A stretch of DNA of 64,000 bases. Source: Chrysomallon squamiferum (taxonomy: Eukaryota > Animalia > Mollusca). Positions 1 to 14,318 of this stretch are shown here, piece after piece. Positions within the stretch are counted from its first letter, which is position 1. Each line of letters starts with the position of its first letter. Below the pieces are notes generated by a model. That model worked only from the letters and a program-made list of their open reading frames with translations. It ran no database searches and was not told the DNA's origin. The position numbers and the translations under genes were made by a program. The DNA is taken from positions 17,670,001-17,734,000 of the forward strand of contig CM022667.1 in NCBI GenBank assembly GCA_012295275.1, written 5' to 3'.

Positions 1-1284
1 TGAGGAAGTGAATCTGCAGGCTGATGCAGACATTCTAAAGTCTGCATCGCTATTAATTCCTTTTAGGACTAACAAGAAATGTGTTTTACACCAGATACGT
101 CAATTTGAGACTGTCAGCAGATATAGGATGTCAGCTTGATTGAGCATCTACATGTCACTGCTTCCTGTGAGTAGACAGCCAAAGTAAGTGAAGATCAATT
201 ATGTAGCTCCATATGCCAAATATAGTAAGCAGACTTTACCTATGTGACTTTACCTAGAGCTTTGAGAAATGGTATTTACATGGCAATTGAATTATTTGCG
301 AGAAAAAAAACATTAAAGAATGGAAAAAAAACAAAAAAAAAATACCACAAAACCCACAAATAAATGATAATAATATTTTAAAAAGAATTAAAAAATAAAA
401 ATAATAATAAAAAAAGATCAAAAATTAAAAATTAATATATAAATAATAAAAAAAATATATATATAATATTTTTTATTTTAATTATTATTCTTATTATTAT
501 TTATTTAATTTCTTTTTTTTATTTTAAATAATAGATATTGTTAATTGTTTGAGTAGGCATCCAAAGCATATAAAATCCAAATGTCTTGCTCTGAATGCTA
601 AAAGCAGTTTGAAGACTTTAGCCCCATAGTTAGACTATGTTCTTAACTGAAGAAATCTTTAAAATAATTTTCAGATTGAGAGAATTCTTGCATAAATACA
701 GTCATTAAGTCCACGGAAGTTAAAAAAAAAAAGGTCATTAAGGAAAATATGAGTTTTTAATTCTATAATATTACAATTCTGAGAATATAATACTGCTTTG
801 TAACACTAATGACCAGATAAGATCCATTGAACAAATTATTTCTGAGCTTCAAATTCTCCAGGTGGGGTAAGAAGCATGCTGTAATCTGCTGTATGTGATG
901 TACAATGAAAACAGCAAATTATAACACTATTTGTCTTATATGACAAGGCAGGTCAGAGGTGTAATGATTATAGCATTTCCTGATTCTCACAACAAATCAT
1001 TAGCTCTCAGCCAATCAATACACAGTCTTGTTTGATGCCAAAAAAAAGTGATGTGATGTTACATATTTACTAGTTGGAAGGTTTTGTTTATGAAATGATT
1101 AGCTATTTTAAGTTATCATTAGATAAACCCATATTGATGAAAGTTTTAATTGAATTCTGCAGATGATACAATTATTTATATAATGTCTTTTTCCAGATAA
1201 AAGTAATGTGTGACAAGTTGTTTATGTGAATGATGCTCTTCATCAGTTGATAAATAATTTTTAAAACTGTTTTAATTTTATGTA

Positions 1285-1321
<37 letters not shown>

Positions 1322-2596
1322 ATTTATAATTTTTGCATTAAGTTCTTATTTACAGATGACTAATTCTACATTATTTTTGTCTAGCTCACTGATGTAAATA
1401 GTTCATCAAATGCCGTTTGATTTGCTATTTACTGACAGAAATCGGTGAGCATTTCCTAATGTGGTTTCAAAGAAGTTTAGAAGAGAACAAACTGTAACTG
1501 ACTACAGATCAGCAGAATTATATTCAAAATAACCATAGGCTGTTCACCTTTTAAGGAAGCCATAAACAAAAACAAATTGCAACAAATTACAAGCTTTGCT
1601 TCTGCCTTCCTAAAATTATGAACAGCATATGTTACACTGAATATAATGTCAATGATCTGTTGTCACTGGTCAGTTTATCCTAATTCTTTACTCAGATGAC
1701 AGGCAGCTTAGTCACACAGCTACATCTAAAGATTTTTTCTTCATTATTACTTTTACTATTATTTTCTTAATGAGTAAAATAAAGACAATCTAAACTGAAG
1801 GTCTGCATTAGTATTTTTTGACAATTATTAATTCTCAGAGATGATGGAAAAAAACAACCAATATTATATTAATGTTGCTTAAAGTAGAAAGGTGTTTGTA
1901 AACATGTTTAAGACTGATTTAAGAAAGATGACCATAACTGCAGCCATCAAGACTTTGACAACTGAACTCCAAGAATTCACTAAAAGAAGCTTTATAAATA
2001 AATGGATAAAGAAAGTAAGATGCCAGATACCCTTGTGTGTGTTTCATCGATGTAGGTATTTTAGGAGGTAAAAAATCTAGGTCAAACCTGATTGATTTCT
2101 CATGAATAAACAATGAATGTCAAAAATGATCTTTTGTCTCATTCTTTCGTTTTATTTAGATCCTTAAGCTTCCTATGTGAAATAATTTTTCCTGCTGTTG
2201 TGATATACATATATAATTATAAAAAACACACAAAATAAATTGTTTCCTTTTAAGTCGTCTCTTTTTATTTTCTATTTCTTTAGACCAAGTTTTTATATGA
2301 ACAAATTCATCAAGGATTACTTCTGACAAAATACTATAAAACTGAGACCTTCTCCAATTTCATTAATGAACAGTAATTTTCATGATATTGAATGATATTT
2401 TCAAAAAAAATAAAAAAAATGACTAGATGATGAGAACAATAACACTGACATAACCTTAGTTTCCTTCATAAGCCTCCCTGATCAAGATATTAAAAAAAAT
2501 GCACATGGGAAATAGAATTATTTTGCCTTATTCATGTATGTTTTTAAATATAATGCAATATCTAATATCATCAGAATACTCGTACACCTAAATATC

Positions 2597-3085
2597 ATGA
2601 TTCAGTTTCACTATCAAAGTTAATCAACAGTTAACTGTTAAGAAGGCAATTTTCTAACATTCCCAATTCTTGTCCAGTCTGAAGTACAATTAGTGTCAGA
2701 TTGTTGATTTGTGAACACTGGTACAAATGCAACAGCATACATATATATATATATATATGATATTTTTCATTTATAAATACATTTTTCTTATTTAATTTTT
2801 TTTTACAAAAAATGGTGTGGTTTTGGGGGCTGGAACCAATTAATTGTATTTCAATTAATTTCAGTCGGGAAAATTGATTTGATATATGAGCAAACATCTT
2901 CAGGATATTGGTAAACTCAAAAAACATAATGCAGTTTCATTATCAAAGTTAATTAGGCGATAGTTAATTATTATGAAGACAATTTTGTAACATCCCCAGT
3001 TTTGAACATCCTCAGTATGAAGTTCAAAGAGTACAGTTTGTGCCAGATAGATAATTTGTGAACATAGGTGCATGTAAGTACAAAT
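2597..3085. repeat. Old diverged direct duplication (~140-160 bp copies)
   Basis: cagtttcactatcaaagttaat...atttgtgaaca at ~2603-2721 and cagtttcattatcaaagttaat...atttgtgaaca at ~2932-3064. Confidence 0.75.
2832..2893. mobile_element. Internal fragment of the same MITE family
   Basis: ggaaccaattaattgtatttcaattaatttcagtcgggaaaattgatttgatatatgagcaaa closely matches 3788-3850. Confidence 0.65.
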
Positions 3086-3711
3086 ATCTTCAATTTTACA
3101 ACAATGACAACAACTACTGTAAAATAAAAGTACAAAAAATAATGGTTTTTCGTTCATCATTTATAATCTTGTGTCCTAAAATACCATATTTTGTTTTGTT
3201 GGTCAGTGTGCACCCATATGACATTGGAATAATAACTCAAAGAATACCATTAAAAGTATATCTATCTTACAACCAAATGATGTCTCCTTAACCCAGAACC
3301 ATTCACTTGTACTTTCATATTTCAAAAATAAAAATCATGCTTGAAAGAAGAAAGAGAAGAAAAATTGAACAACAAACAACATCTGGGTTTTTGGTCATTC
3401 TTTGATCTTTTTTAACACAAAATGATATGAAGTTAGTACAGAGGAGTTCAGTGAATTTTACAATCAGTCACAATTGTACCAAAGATTTGGGGAGTTGAAA
3501 AAAAACAAAAACATTATCTTTATTATTATTATTATTATTATTATAAAAGAAAATAATTAAGTATTACATCATTGCACCCATGTTCACAATTTATTAGGGT
3601 GAGTTTAAAAAAATAATAATAACAATAATAATAGAACAAGTGCAATTTTTTTTATTGTTATTATTATTATGATTATAATACACACTACACACATACATAC
3701 ATACATACATA

Positions 3712-3906
3712 CAGTGGTACCTTGACTTATGATGACCTAACTTATGAGTTTTTCGAGATATGAGTGAGCTTCAGATATGCTGCCGCTGGAACAGATTAAT
3801 CGTATTTCAATTAATTTCAGTTGGGAAAATTGATTTGATATACGAGCAAATTGAGTGACGAGCTCAGTCAGAGAACAAATTAAACTTGTAAGTTGAGGTG
3901 CCACTG
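3712..3906. mobile_element. Tigger/pogo-like MITE (Tc1/mariner superfamily), 195 bp
   Basis: Imperfect TIRs CAGTGGTACCTTGACTTA ... TAAGTTGAGGTGCCACTG flanked by TA on both sides; no coding capacity. Confidence 0.8.
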
Positions 3907-5998
3907 TATATATATATATACATTCACACACACACATATGTGTATTTGGTTTTTCTCCTTATTTAAAAACAAAAAATGACATCTTGTTTTTGCTGTTTAC
4001 AATAGGTGTTTTCAAAATTATGTGTAATTCTTTGAAAAGTTTTAATAATAATATTAAAACTGTGTCCTGCAATATACAGAATGAAACAAAGTAGAGAAAC
4101 ATTTACTTTTTGTCTGCCTCACAGACTAAAATTAACTGGCAGCAATCAGCTGTTAAAAATTCTGCAATTCATTTTGGCAAAGTTAGCAACCATTAGCACT
4201 AAAACAGCCATGAAATCTCTACCACTGGAGTCTGACTGTGCTAACAGAAGAGTTACTGAAAGGGAGATAAAACAGCAGTGAATATTATCAAAGAGAAATT
4301 GCAGACTGAAGAGAATGAAATTTGAGAGGTTACTGACACACATATAAGAAAAAAGAAACATTTAATTGCTTTTCATGCTGCTATTGTAATAATGGCAGTC
4401 AGTACATCAACAGATGATTTCAGTCTTTTAAAGTTCTTCCTAACAACTGGTTTAACTTGTGTTATAAGACAACTGACATATATACATATATACAATATGG
4501 GATTCACTAAAATAGATCTTCCTACACAGCAAAATACAGAGAAACAAAAACCATTCACATGTTGCTTCCAACAGAAAAAAGAAAAATGGAAATTAAATAA
4601 AAAGCAAAACAAACAAACTAAACAAAATTCACAATAAAAAACAATAAATAAATAAATAGATGAGAGATATATTTATAAATTCATTCTCCAGTCTTTGATC
4701 ATTAAAGGGGCTTCACAACTGGACTTTCTCACTCCTTTGATGTATATTAATTTCTTTAACAAAGAGGAAATTTTACAGAATATTGAATCTGTCCAATTCC
4801 CAGAGCCAACAATAAAACAAAGATGAAGAGTTTATGTAGCAGGGATTCAGATTTTAGGCAATTTTAATTAAGCTGTAATTTAATGTAAAAATAATCCATT
4901 GCTAGCTATATCAGTGATAGAAAGACATAAAAACAATTTCAAATTAATGTCAGTTGTTCATGAAGAAACCTTAAACAAAGAAATGGCAGGCAAATTTCAG
5001 TCTGACAGCATTACCTTTAGGCACTTCTCCTTCACAACTAACCCACACATTTCAAGTACTGAAAAGTAACTGAGATACTATTTATTATTTAAAAACATCA
5101 TTTGTAATACAATGGACTTCAAGTATACAATTTGTGGGAGGTGTCTGGAATGGAAAATGCTGTTGTTAGTATGATTAGTGCTCTGAGCTAGATGTATCCC
5201 ATTAAACTGTCCTTTAAAAAAGTGTCACTATTTGTTAATTAGCTTGCCAGTCATTTAAATCAGCATTTTTGTATGAGACTCTCAGAGCAGCACAGGCATT
5301 CTGTGGCTACAGCAGGACTCCACGGTATACCGACAGATCTGAATACAAATAGTTTCATCAAAATATGCATTTTCTTGCAAGATGCAATAAATGAAAAGGA
5401 TTTGTCTTGCCTGTCAAACTGATGTGATATCCTGCTTCCAGGTACTGGAGGTTATTTTACCAGAAAGAAAATATGCCCTGACTGGGCATTTCACATACAT
5501 CTTAAGTACAATTCTCAGACTTTTTCATTAATGTGAATTATTTATAACTGAGCTTATTTTCAGTGCCATTTAAAGCTGTTTAGAATTTAAAATACTTTGA
5601 TTGTTTTAATGATTGTTCCCTACAGGATATGTCAGTAGAATTCACTAACATTGGATTCACACCTATTAAACAGACAATCTAGGATTTTGTACTATATGGA
5701 ACTACATGCTTTCTCTTCTTCATTTTTAAATTTTTTGTTTCTCTTTCTATTGTGCTTGTTGTTAATAAAGTTTTTTTAACAGAAATCTAAGTTAAAATAT
5801 TATGCTAATCTCTATTTTTGTTTTATTATATTTTTTATTTTCTAATAGTGCTATATTTTCTTTCCTGTTTAAATTTTAATTTGTGGTAATTATCAATGAA
5901 CATCCATAATTTTATTATCATTATTATTTGTTTCATTTGTTTATATTCATCTACATATTAACCAGATTTAATTTTTCCCTCATATATTTATTAGTTAG

Positions 5999-5999
<1 letters not shown>

Positions 6000-6040
<41 letters not shown>

Positions 6041-6072
6041 TCACACACACAGACACACACACACAGAGACAC
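6000..6072. repeat. (CA)n microsatellite
   Basis: Directly visible. Similar (CA/GT)n tracts at ~6672, 8956, 9174, 14279, 18369, 41381, 54792, 59525, 60846 and 61741. Confidence 0.95.
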
Positions 6073-6671
6073 ACTTGTTTTTTGGTTGTTTTTTAACTCT
6101 GACAAACACAGATTTTTTTAAATCTAAAATTCTTGACATATTGGATGACTATGAATTTTCATAATAAGTACAGTTGTTCAAAACAATGCTTGTGGCAATA
6201 AGGATGTTAGGTGATGAGGAAGTGGGCTTGGTTAAAAACAAATTATAATGTGAAAGTCAATACGAGGACTGACGCAGATTTTCCTGTGTATTTGATAGAT
6301 TTTCAAGTGTGATTTTGTAACATATATCAGTTCCCTTTCTTTATAAAAATTTAGATACCTACTGACAGTTTATATATCTGGTTCTATGTGTATTAAAGGA
6401 TGTAATTTCTTGCACTGAGATAAAGATTTTAATTTATAGTGCTTTTACAATAAGCATGCAAATTCTTTTTTCTTTTTTTTATCATTCCAAAAGTAAACTT
6501 TCTAACGAGTACTTTCTTGTATTTAGCTTTTTTTTTTTTTTTTCAATTTTTTTAGTTTTTAAATAAAACCTTGGTACGTGTTCAGACAGATGAAATAACT
6601 TTATGCAAGTCTGTATAAGCACATTTAAAATCAGGTATTTCATCTTGTGTGCATCCGTGTGCATCCATGAT

Positions 6672-6720
<49 letters not shown>

Positions 6721-8952
6721 TATATACACATAAAAATGAAGAACATAAATATCAGTAATAATAATACCAAAATATTTAATTAAAAATATCATCTTTTCAA
6801 GTGACAAGATGTCTATGCCACTGCTCCCATAAGATATAGCCTTCAGCTGAATAATAAGAAAGTTCTAGACTAATATATCATAGTGAACGTTATGAGTTAT
6901 GATAGAGAACTAATATGTCTGATGCTAATAATTAAATCTGGTGTTGCCTTCTTACCAATTTAACATTAACTTATTCTGTTTTTAAAACTAGAAAATAAAT
7001 AAAAACAAAAATAAATATTTAAAGAACAGGGGAGAAAATTAATGATGAAATAAAATCAATTATTAATGAATCATATTAATATCTCTACCTACCTCCCTGC
7101 CAATCCCCTGCACACAGTGATCATATTTATATTGCCTGTAATGTTCATTATCATTCATAATTATCCTCTGAAGTAAGCCTGACAACAATTGATTTTATCA
7201 AGACAGGTATGACACATTTTGATGCTAATTGCAACACCCTTTAAAAAAAGTTATTAAATAAAAAAGGGAAAAAAAAGAAGAAAAGAAAAGAAGAAATAAA
7301 TTTAAAAACTGGCATGCACTTATTTCACACTTACATGAACAAAGATTTTTGACTTGAAAAGACCAGTATTTTTAGCAGATTATCACCTATCTGTCCCATT
7401 AATAAAAAAGAAAAAAAAAAGTTGATGGCCTATCTGTTCAGAGATTCATAGACATCATGGTTAGAAGACATTACCAAAAGATTTGTAAGCAAAACCATAA
7501 AATAGTAATAATAAAATAATCCTCTTTACACTCTTTTGTATCCTGTCAGCCCTATTTGTGTTGTGGAAAATTGTACACATTGTTTTATTGGCTTCATTCT
7601 TCTCAGCCACATTAACCAGTAATTCAAGGTCTGCAGTGTGAAGCTGTTTGTTAAGACCAACAATTAACTAACAAATGGGAAACATAAATTCACAGCCATC
7701 AGCATCAATAGATCTTTTTAACTTAAGAACGGAGGAAGAGATTTTATGATTTTAAGGCAAATTGTGTGGCTTTGTGATCATAATTTATGACAATATGGAG
7801 ACTTTTTACAAGTCAATGTCCCTATTTATTTCTGCTGAATTGTCTTTTGACAAAATGCAGAGCACAGAAATGATAGTGCTCTGATTTCTGTCCAGTACTG
7901 AAAAAGGATAAAAGATCTGTCCATTGAGACACGAAAAAACTGCAATGTTTTCTTTTTTTTTTTGGTTTTTGTTCTTTTTTTCAGACCTTTCATTTCTCAG
8001 TGTCTGGTTCTGAAATGTCAGTGTCTGGTTCTCAAATGTCAGTCATGTTCTTTTATACACCTAATCAGCTTGCACCAACTGAAGAAACACTGGAAACATT
8101 AAGCTAGAAAATGTATAGCAAAAAGATTACAAAGGAAAAAAAAAATGATGATGAACAAAAATATAGACAAAAATAAATAAAAAAGATTCAGGAAACAAAA
8201 TACTGGTTAAAATATGAGCATTTCAGGTGAGAAAATACTGGCCATTTATAGAACAATCTTTACAAATCAACAGCAGCATTAATAATAACCAGATCAAGAA
8301 ATTGGCCTTTTCAAATTAGATTTCAAAATCAGTTAAAACAAGAGCTATTTAAATTATCTTTTTATCTTTATTATTATTATTATTCAGCAGTGATGTATAT
8401 GTGCTTGTAATGATAGTGCATGTAAGTGTGCTTGTGCTCTATATGTGTATGGGAGTGTTAGTTAAAATTTATTTTTAAAAGTAGTGTATAGTTCTTAAAT
8501 GATGTATTTAAATTATTGTTAACACTAGTTTGTAACAAATTTCATCTTTTTTCTTTTATATCTAAAATAACAAAAAGAAAGAAAGAGAAAAAGAATACAT
8601 TTTTATAGAAAATAACAAGTTGTCACATTTATTTATTTATGAGCACTGTGATAAATTTAATTAATGATAAATATTCCTGGCTAGCAATAAAGTCTGACAA
8701 ATGATTAATTATTCAACTGAAATTAAATCATTAATCTTTCCGTTTTCTTTAGGTGGTGTTTGTTGAATTTATTTCAATTAACTTTTTTTTTTTCTTTTTT
8801 AAGTTACATTAGACATTAAAGACACAAAAAAATATACATTTATATTATTATATTCAAAATATAATTAATACAACTAATGCATGTTGTTAGTAAGAGGAAG
8901 AAACAGGAAAATTTAGTTAGTTTTTCTATATTATTTTCCATTTATGTGTGCA

Positions 8953-9007
<55 letters not shown>

Positions 9008-12000
9008 ATTTGTGTGTCTGTCTGTGTGTGTGTTTTGAAAATTTATTAGATTGTCAGAAAAGAGGTAATACTGTAATATAATTAATATTTCCAGTTTAGG
9101 ATTAGAAGAATCTATTTAGTACGATTTTAAAAATAATTTCCATAATCATTTAAACTATTTCTTAGAATGCTGACACACACACACACACACACACACACAA
9201 AACAATATACACAAGAATAAACTTTCACATGTACACATGTAAATTTTCATATCAAATTAATTGTTTATTGCATGAACAATTCCAAGCCATTTCTCTCAGT
9301 GATATAAAATACTCATTAGAACCAAACCTAGAGGTAGTTACTCCTGATACAAAGATCACAATATCATACCAAAAATGATTGCAGATGTCACAAACATAAT
9401 GAACAAATCACAGTTTCTGATTGTTCCTCAATTGAAAAGCTATGTAGCAATTATTTTCAACAAACAGTAACAGTAATTAAAAAAAGAATAATCCCATTGA
9501 TTGGGAAGTGACTGATGGTTACAAGAATTGTATGTTTGCTATTAAGAAAAAAAACAATTAATAAATCACATCTAATGCTTTCATCAAAAAATAATTTTCA
9601 CTCTTGAGGCAATTTTTGATGAAGTAAATAAAAAACATATAATGTAATTCACTTTACAAACTTTCAGACTGATTAATCTTATTAACGATGTGAGAATTTT
9701 TCATTTGTGTGATGGTCTCTTTCACAGACAGGAAGATTTTTTCTGAATAAATGTAAATAAAAGCTAGACTGTAATAAGTGCAGTAATAAGTCATATTCTC
9801 AATCCATTCAGTTGAAAGATATTGAGGGGAAAATCAAAAGGTTAGCTCAAATAACATCTTTAATATGAAATAAAAAAGTTTTATGTTCCAGCAAACAGAC
9901 AGTTAGAAAGACAGATGGACAAAGACACAAACAGATAGGACAGAATTAAGATTATACATTTGAAATGATCAAGGCAATGATTAACAAAGACACATATTAA
10001 TAAATTAATGAACTGAAAGATCGATGGATGCATGGACAGACTGATGCATAAACACAGGGGTATAGATTAATGGACAGGTGGGTCAATGGATGGATGGATG
10101 GATGGATGGGTGGATATTAAAAATGAAAGTATTTGATGATAATGGATAGTTAGGAGGTTAAAAAACAAAAGAAAAGTGTAATATATACTTTTAAATAGCA
10201 CAAACCTATTCAAAAGTCAGTATTTTATCTGTCACTTTAATGATTCTTCACTGTAAGGCTTAAAACATTGGGAAGTGGTTATGAGTGGTCAGTAAAAATC
10301 ACTAATGGTTACTCTGGGTCTCATGTTTAAAACAATTTTGAAGCAACAAGTTGTTCTCATCAGCAAAAGGTCAAACACTTTTCCAAAATGAATCTCAGCA
10401 TTCACACTGTATCTCAAAACTTAAGTTATTAAAATAAAACCTGAAAGCTAAATTTGTAGACATCGAATGAATCTCCAACTTGAATCTCAAGCTCAGTCAG
10501 TTTATTAACGTGTGATAAAGCACTGTCTGTAGAAGAACATATCAATGAAGAACTGTAAAGTATGGCATTAGACAGTGCTTCAAATAGCCAGAGATTATTG
10601 CAGTGAAGTTCAAAAAGTACATTTAGAGTTACAATTTCCAACACAGGAAATAGTCTGGAATCTGAATTTTTGTTTTAATTATTATTATTATTTTTTTATT
10701 CTAATTTGTTTGTACATTCAGTATTTTTATTATTATTATTATATTTTTTTTTCTGTAATGTTATTCATTACATGCCAGAAAATTAATAGAGTGAAATTAA
10801 AGAAAACAAAAAAATAATAGTAATGAACAGAAACAAATAAAAAATTCTGACAGAAAAGAAAAAAATGGAAAATAGTGTTTTGTCCAGTTTCATGAAAAAC
10901 TAAAAAAACTTTCACAGTGCCATTCAAAATGTGAAATATATGTTCAAAGACATATACATATCACTGAGTATCATTCACAAAGTGACCATAATCAATACCC
11001 ACCCAAAACTATGGAAGGTACATTGATGTTAAATTTAATACAAGTTCGGACAGATAAAAAAACTGCATGCAAATCTGTGTAAGCACACTCAAAATAAACT
11101 GAGATCAATAGAAAATCAGTAAAAATGACATCCATTCAATGTCATAGTAAATCAGACTCACTGCTGCAGGGTGGAAAAAGGGGGCCAAAAATTATTTATG
11201 TCTTTAATTTTTTTTTAAACACTCTTATCTAAATCTAATTGTAAAGATTGGGCAATTCCTGCCATCTCTCGTGCTTCAGCTAGGGCAATAAATGAAGGTA
11301 GACAGGCACTGATTAAAGGTTGGTGATCCTGTTTTGACCATATGTACCCACAGTCATTAACTGCCAAACATGATAGCAATTTTGAGAGTAATTCTCCCAT
11401 AGCTCTTCTTTTGGCACCAAGGGAATCCAGTAATTTCCTGCATTGCGATCCATGACCACAGGCTCTAGGATTAAACTCAATTTACCTAGTGCTTGTCTCT
11501 TTCGAACAAAAATGGAAAAATCATGTGTTCGAGGAATAATTTGGGATCAAATAATTGCCAGTAAACGGCCCCCCAGTATGCCAAATCTGTAAGAAAACAC
11601 ACTTGTGTGCATTGGTCTCGGATATGGTTTATGTTTTCTATCAATACATAATGCAAAAAATACCATACCTTCTTTCACAATATTTCACCATTTTTTTTTA
11701 CTCTATTGACCAATAATGGCTGCAAAGCTGCAAAAACCCTAGAATTTTGTTTTAAACTGCTCTCAGGCATTACTAAATTTAATCAGTTATTTTGTTTCCT
11801 CTATATAAAGATTGTTTAAACTGTGATCATTACAGCCAATTATAAAGGTTTTTATTGTAGACTAAAGCTGAAACACATTAAGCTTATGATTCATGATGAA
11901 AAAACCTTTGTACAAAATAAATAAAAAATAAGAATAAGAGAATCACAGACTAACAAGAATCTTGTAATATATATTGAACAAAGGCTCTGCAATGTTGCTT

Positions 12001-12034
12001 CTAATAAAGTTAGTATGTTGGAATATTAACAAGG

Positions 12035-12116
12035 TAGAAAAACCACTAGCAGGATGGAATCACACTGCCTAAAAACCTTCAGGTCAATCACTTAACCACT
12101 GTGTCAGAATGCTGTG
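12035..12116 (-). mobile_element. Degenerate tRNA-derived SINE head
   Basis: Minus strand shows A-box-like TGACACAGTGGTTAAG and B-box-like GATTCCATCC at tRNA-like spacing; no intact cloverleaf. Confidence 0.35.
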
Positions 12117-14276
12117 ATTTTATTCCAGCCAATATCAAAGTAAAACTAATGTGTCAGAATAGAGATATAACAGGATTACTGTTAGCAGAGATCTCTGCTC
12201 TCATGTTGCTGATGATAGCACCACAGTGTGTTTAATATGATTAACTGTGAGGGTTTCCGTCAATCAGTCAGCAAGAATTACCAGTGAAATAACAGAACAT
12301 TCCACTCCAAGCCTATATCATGTAGAACTCTTCATTGAAATCACAGTTGTACTCATGATGGCATGCTTTAACAGTCTTATGATGGAAGCATGTTAAAAAA
12401 AATATTGACTGAAGAACAATGCTTCATAAGAAACAGAATGCATTCCCTAACCTAAAAAAGAAAGATAGGTTAATTACATTTGTGATAATTATATTTTGAT
12501 AGTTAATGTTTTTGCAATTTTTTTTGGTATCTAGTAACTGCGTGAATATGTGTAAGAAAAAGAGTTGGAAATTAATAATTTTACCAGTATTTTTTTAAAT
12601 ATTTTATCTGCATTTTTAATACAAACCAAAACAATCTATTTTATTTGCTTGAATTACCTTTAAGATTGAAAATAAAATTATGTTTTTTACTGGTTTTTCA
12701 TTTCACTTTAACTCAATAACTGTTCTCCATTCTTTGTTTACTTTACCCTTAAACACAGTAATAAGTCAGTTATTTTGCATTCACAAATAATGCATGTCAT
12801 TCAATTTACATTTTTTTTTACATTTTGTTATAATTACTTTTCTTATCATTCTTTATAATCATTAATTTTGTTAGAGGAGAAAAAATAGAAGAAGCAATTT
12901 CTTCACACTGTTATAATTTTTCTTTTTTAATATAAATAAGAATTTGAAGGTTTAATGAGTAAGGGCTTTGTAACAGCAGATTCCCGTGGCTTACAATAAA
13001 ATATAACAAAGACGTAATTAATGTGTAGATTAGCAGTGCTGATAATGAGATTTCATGAAACAGATTTTCACAGCAGTCTCTTTTATTGGCATTATATCCT
13101 GCACAACAACATTCAACTGACAATTTCTTTACATGGATTTGGTGTTTATTTTAAACAGCATACACAGATTGAGAATTAGAATTCATAATATTTTATAATT
13201 CAATATACATATAACTTTCAAATGAAAATATCCATTAGGCTTTAATAACTGATGGGACTGACTATAGCCAACTGTCAGAAAACTTGCCAGTTTTTCTTAG
13301 TGCTCAACTTAGAATAGTTCTTAGTCCAACCAGAGCTAACCTATCAGAATATCAAAGGACATGATGTCTTGCCTATATAAACAATAAATATAAAGAACAT
13401 TTGCATCCAATCAGCTAATTAATGATGAAAGCTGGTTTCCTGACTTACTTAAATATCTTATAATAATGGTTAATATTAAAATGTGATCAGAAGCCATAAT
13501 TATTTTGGGCTTTTTGGTGTATGCTTTCCTGTCTATAGTTTACAGTTTCCTTGTAGCTAATCTAGTAAATGAAGTCTTTTGCAAATTTATTTTCATCAAT
13601 TTTTGTAATATTAACAATAAATACTGTCTACACAGTTCTAGAATTAAATGATTACAAATAAACACGAACACATACATAAACGTAAACACACATAAATATA
13701 TATTTTTTAAATTTCAATTGTTTTTTATAAAAAGTACACTAAAATGGTGGGAACAAGTAACCAAAATACTACCATGTAAATGTTGTATGTGTCCACAAAA
13801 CCAAACTCTGCTGATAAATAATTAAAAAAACACATATCTAAGGATACCTAAAGAGTGAAGAAACCACTATTTTCACTTATTTTATTACATTATTTCATTT
13901 TCATTAGACCACGGTAAATTATAGGCTGGTGGTTAGAAACAAATTAATCAATCTCTTAGATAATATGTATTAAAGCTAATAATAAACAGAGACTTATAAA
14001 GTTTTAAATTAATCTTAAGCTTTAGAAAAAAAACAGTATAAGGAAAATAAAAGATTGTTAAATACTGAAACATATTCAAGAATTAGTAACTCATGTCAGG
14101 TTATTTCTATGTGTGTTTAAATGTGACATCTGTTCAATGCAAAATAAGTTTACCTATAATTAAATTTATAGTGATTAAGAAATCAATAGCAATTTTTAGT
14201 ATATTATATGTAATATAATCTTGGCAGAATTTCACCTACTTATGTTTGCTAATACTCACATTATGTACATAATGTG

Positions 14277-14318
<42 letters not shown>

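Noticed and set aside
5928-6164. ORFs with HTHT, CVCV, YIYI, poly-Y, poly-L or poly-V runs (also 14221, 18357, 32039, 41367, 45680, 54724, 62948)
   Set aside because: Microsatellite translations.
12035-12116. Functional tRNA gene
   Set aside because: The boxes are degenerate and the stems do not pair; at best a SINE remnant. No rRNA, tRNA or snRNA gene was recognised in the window.
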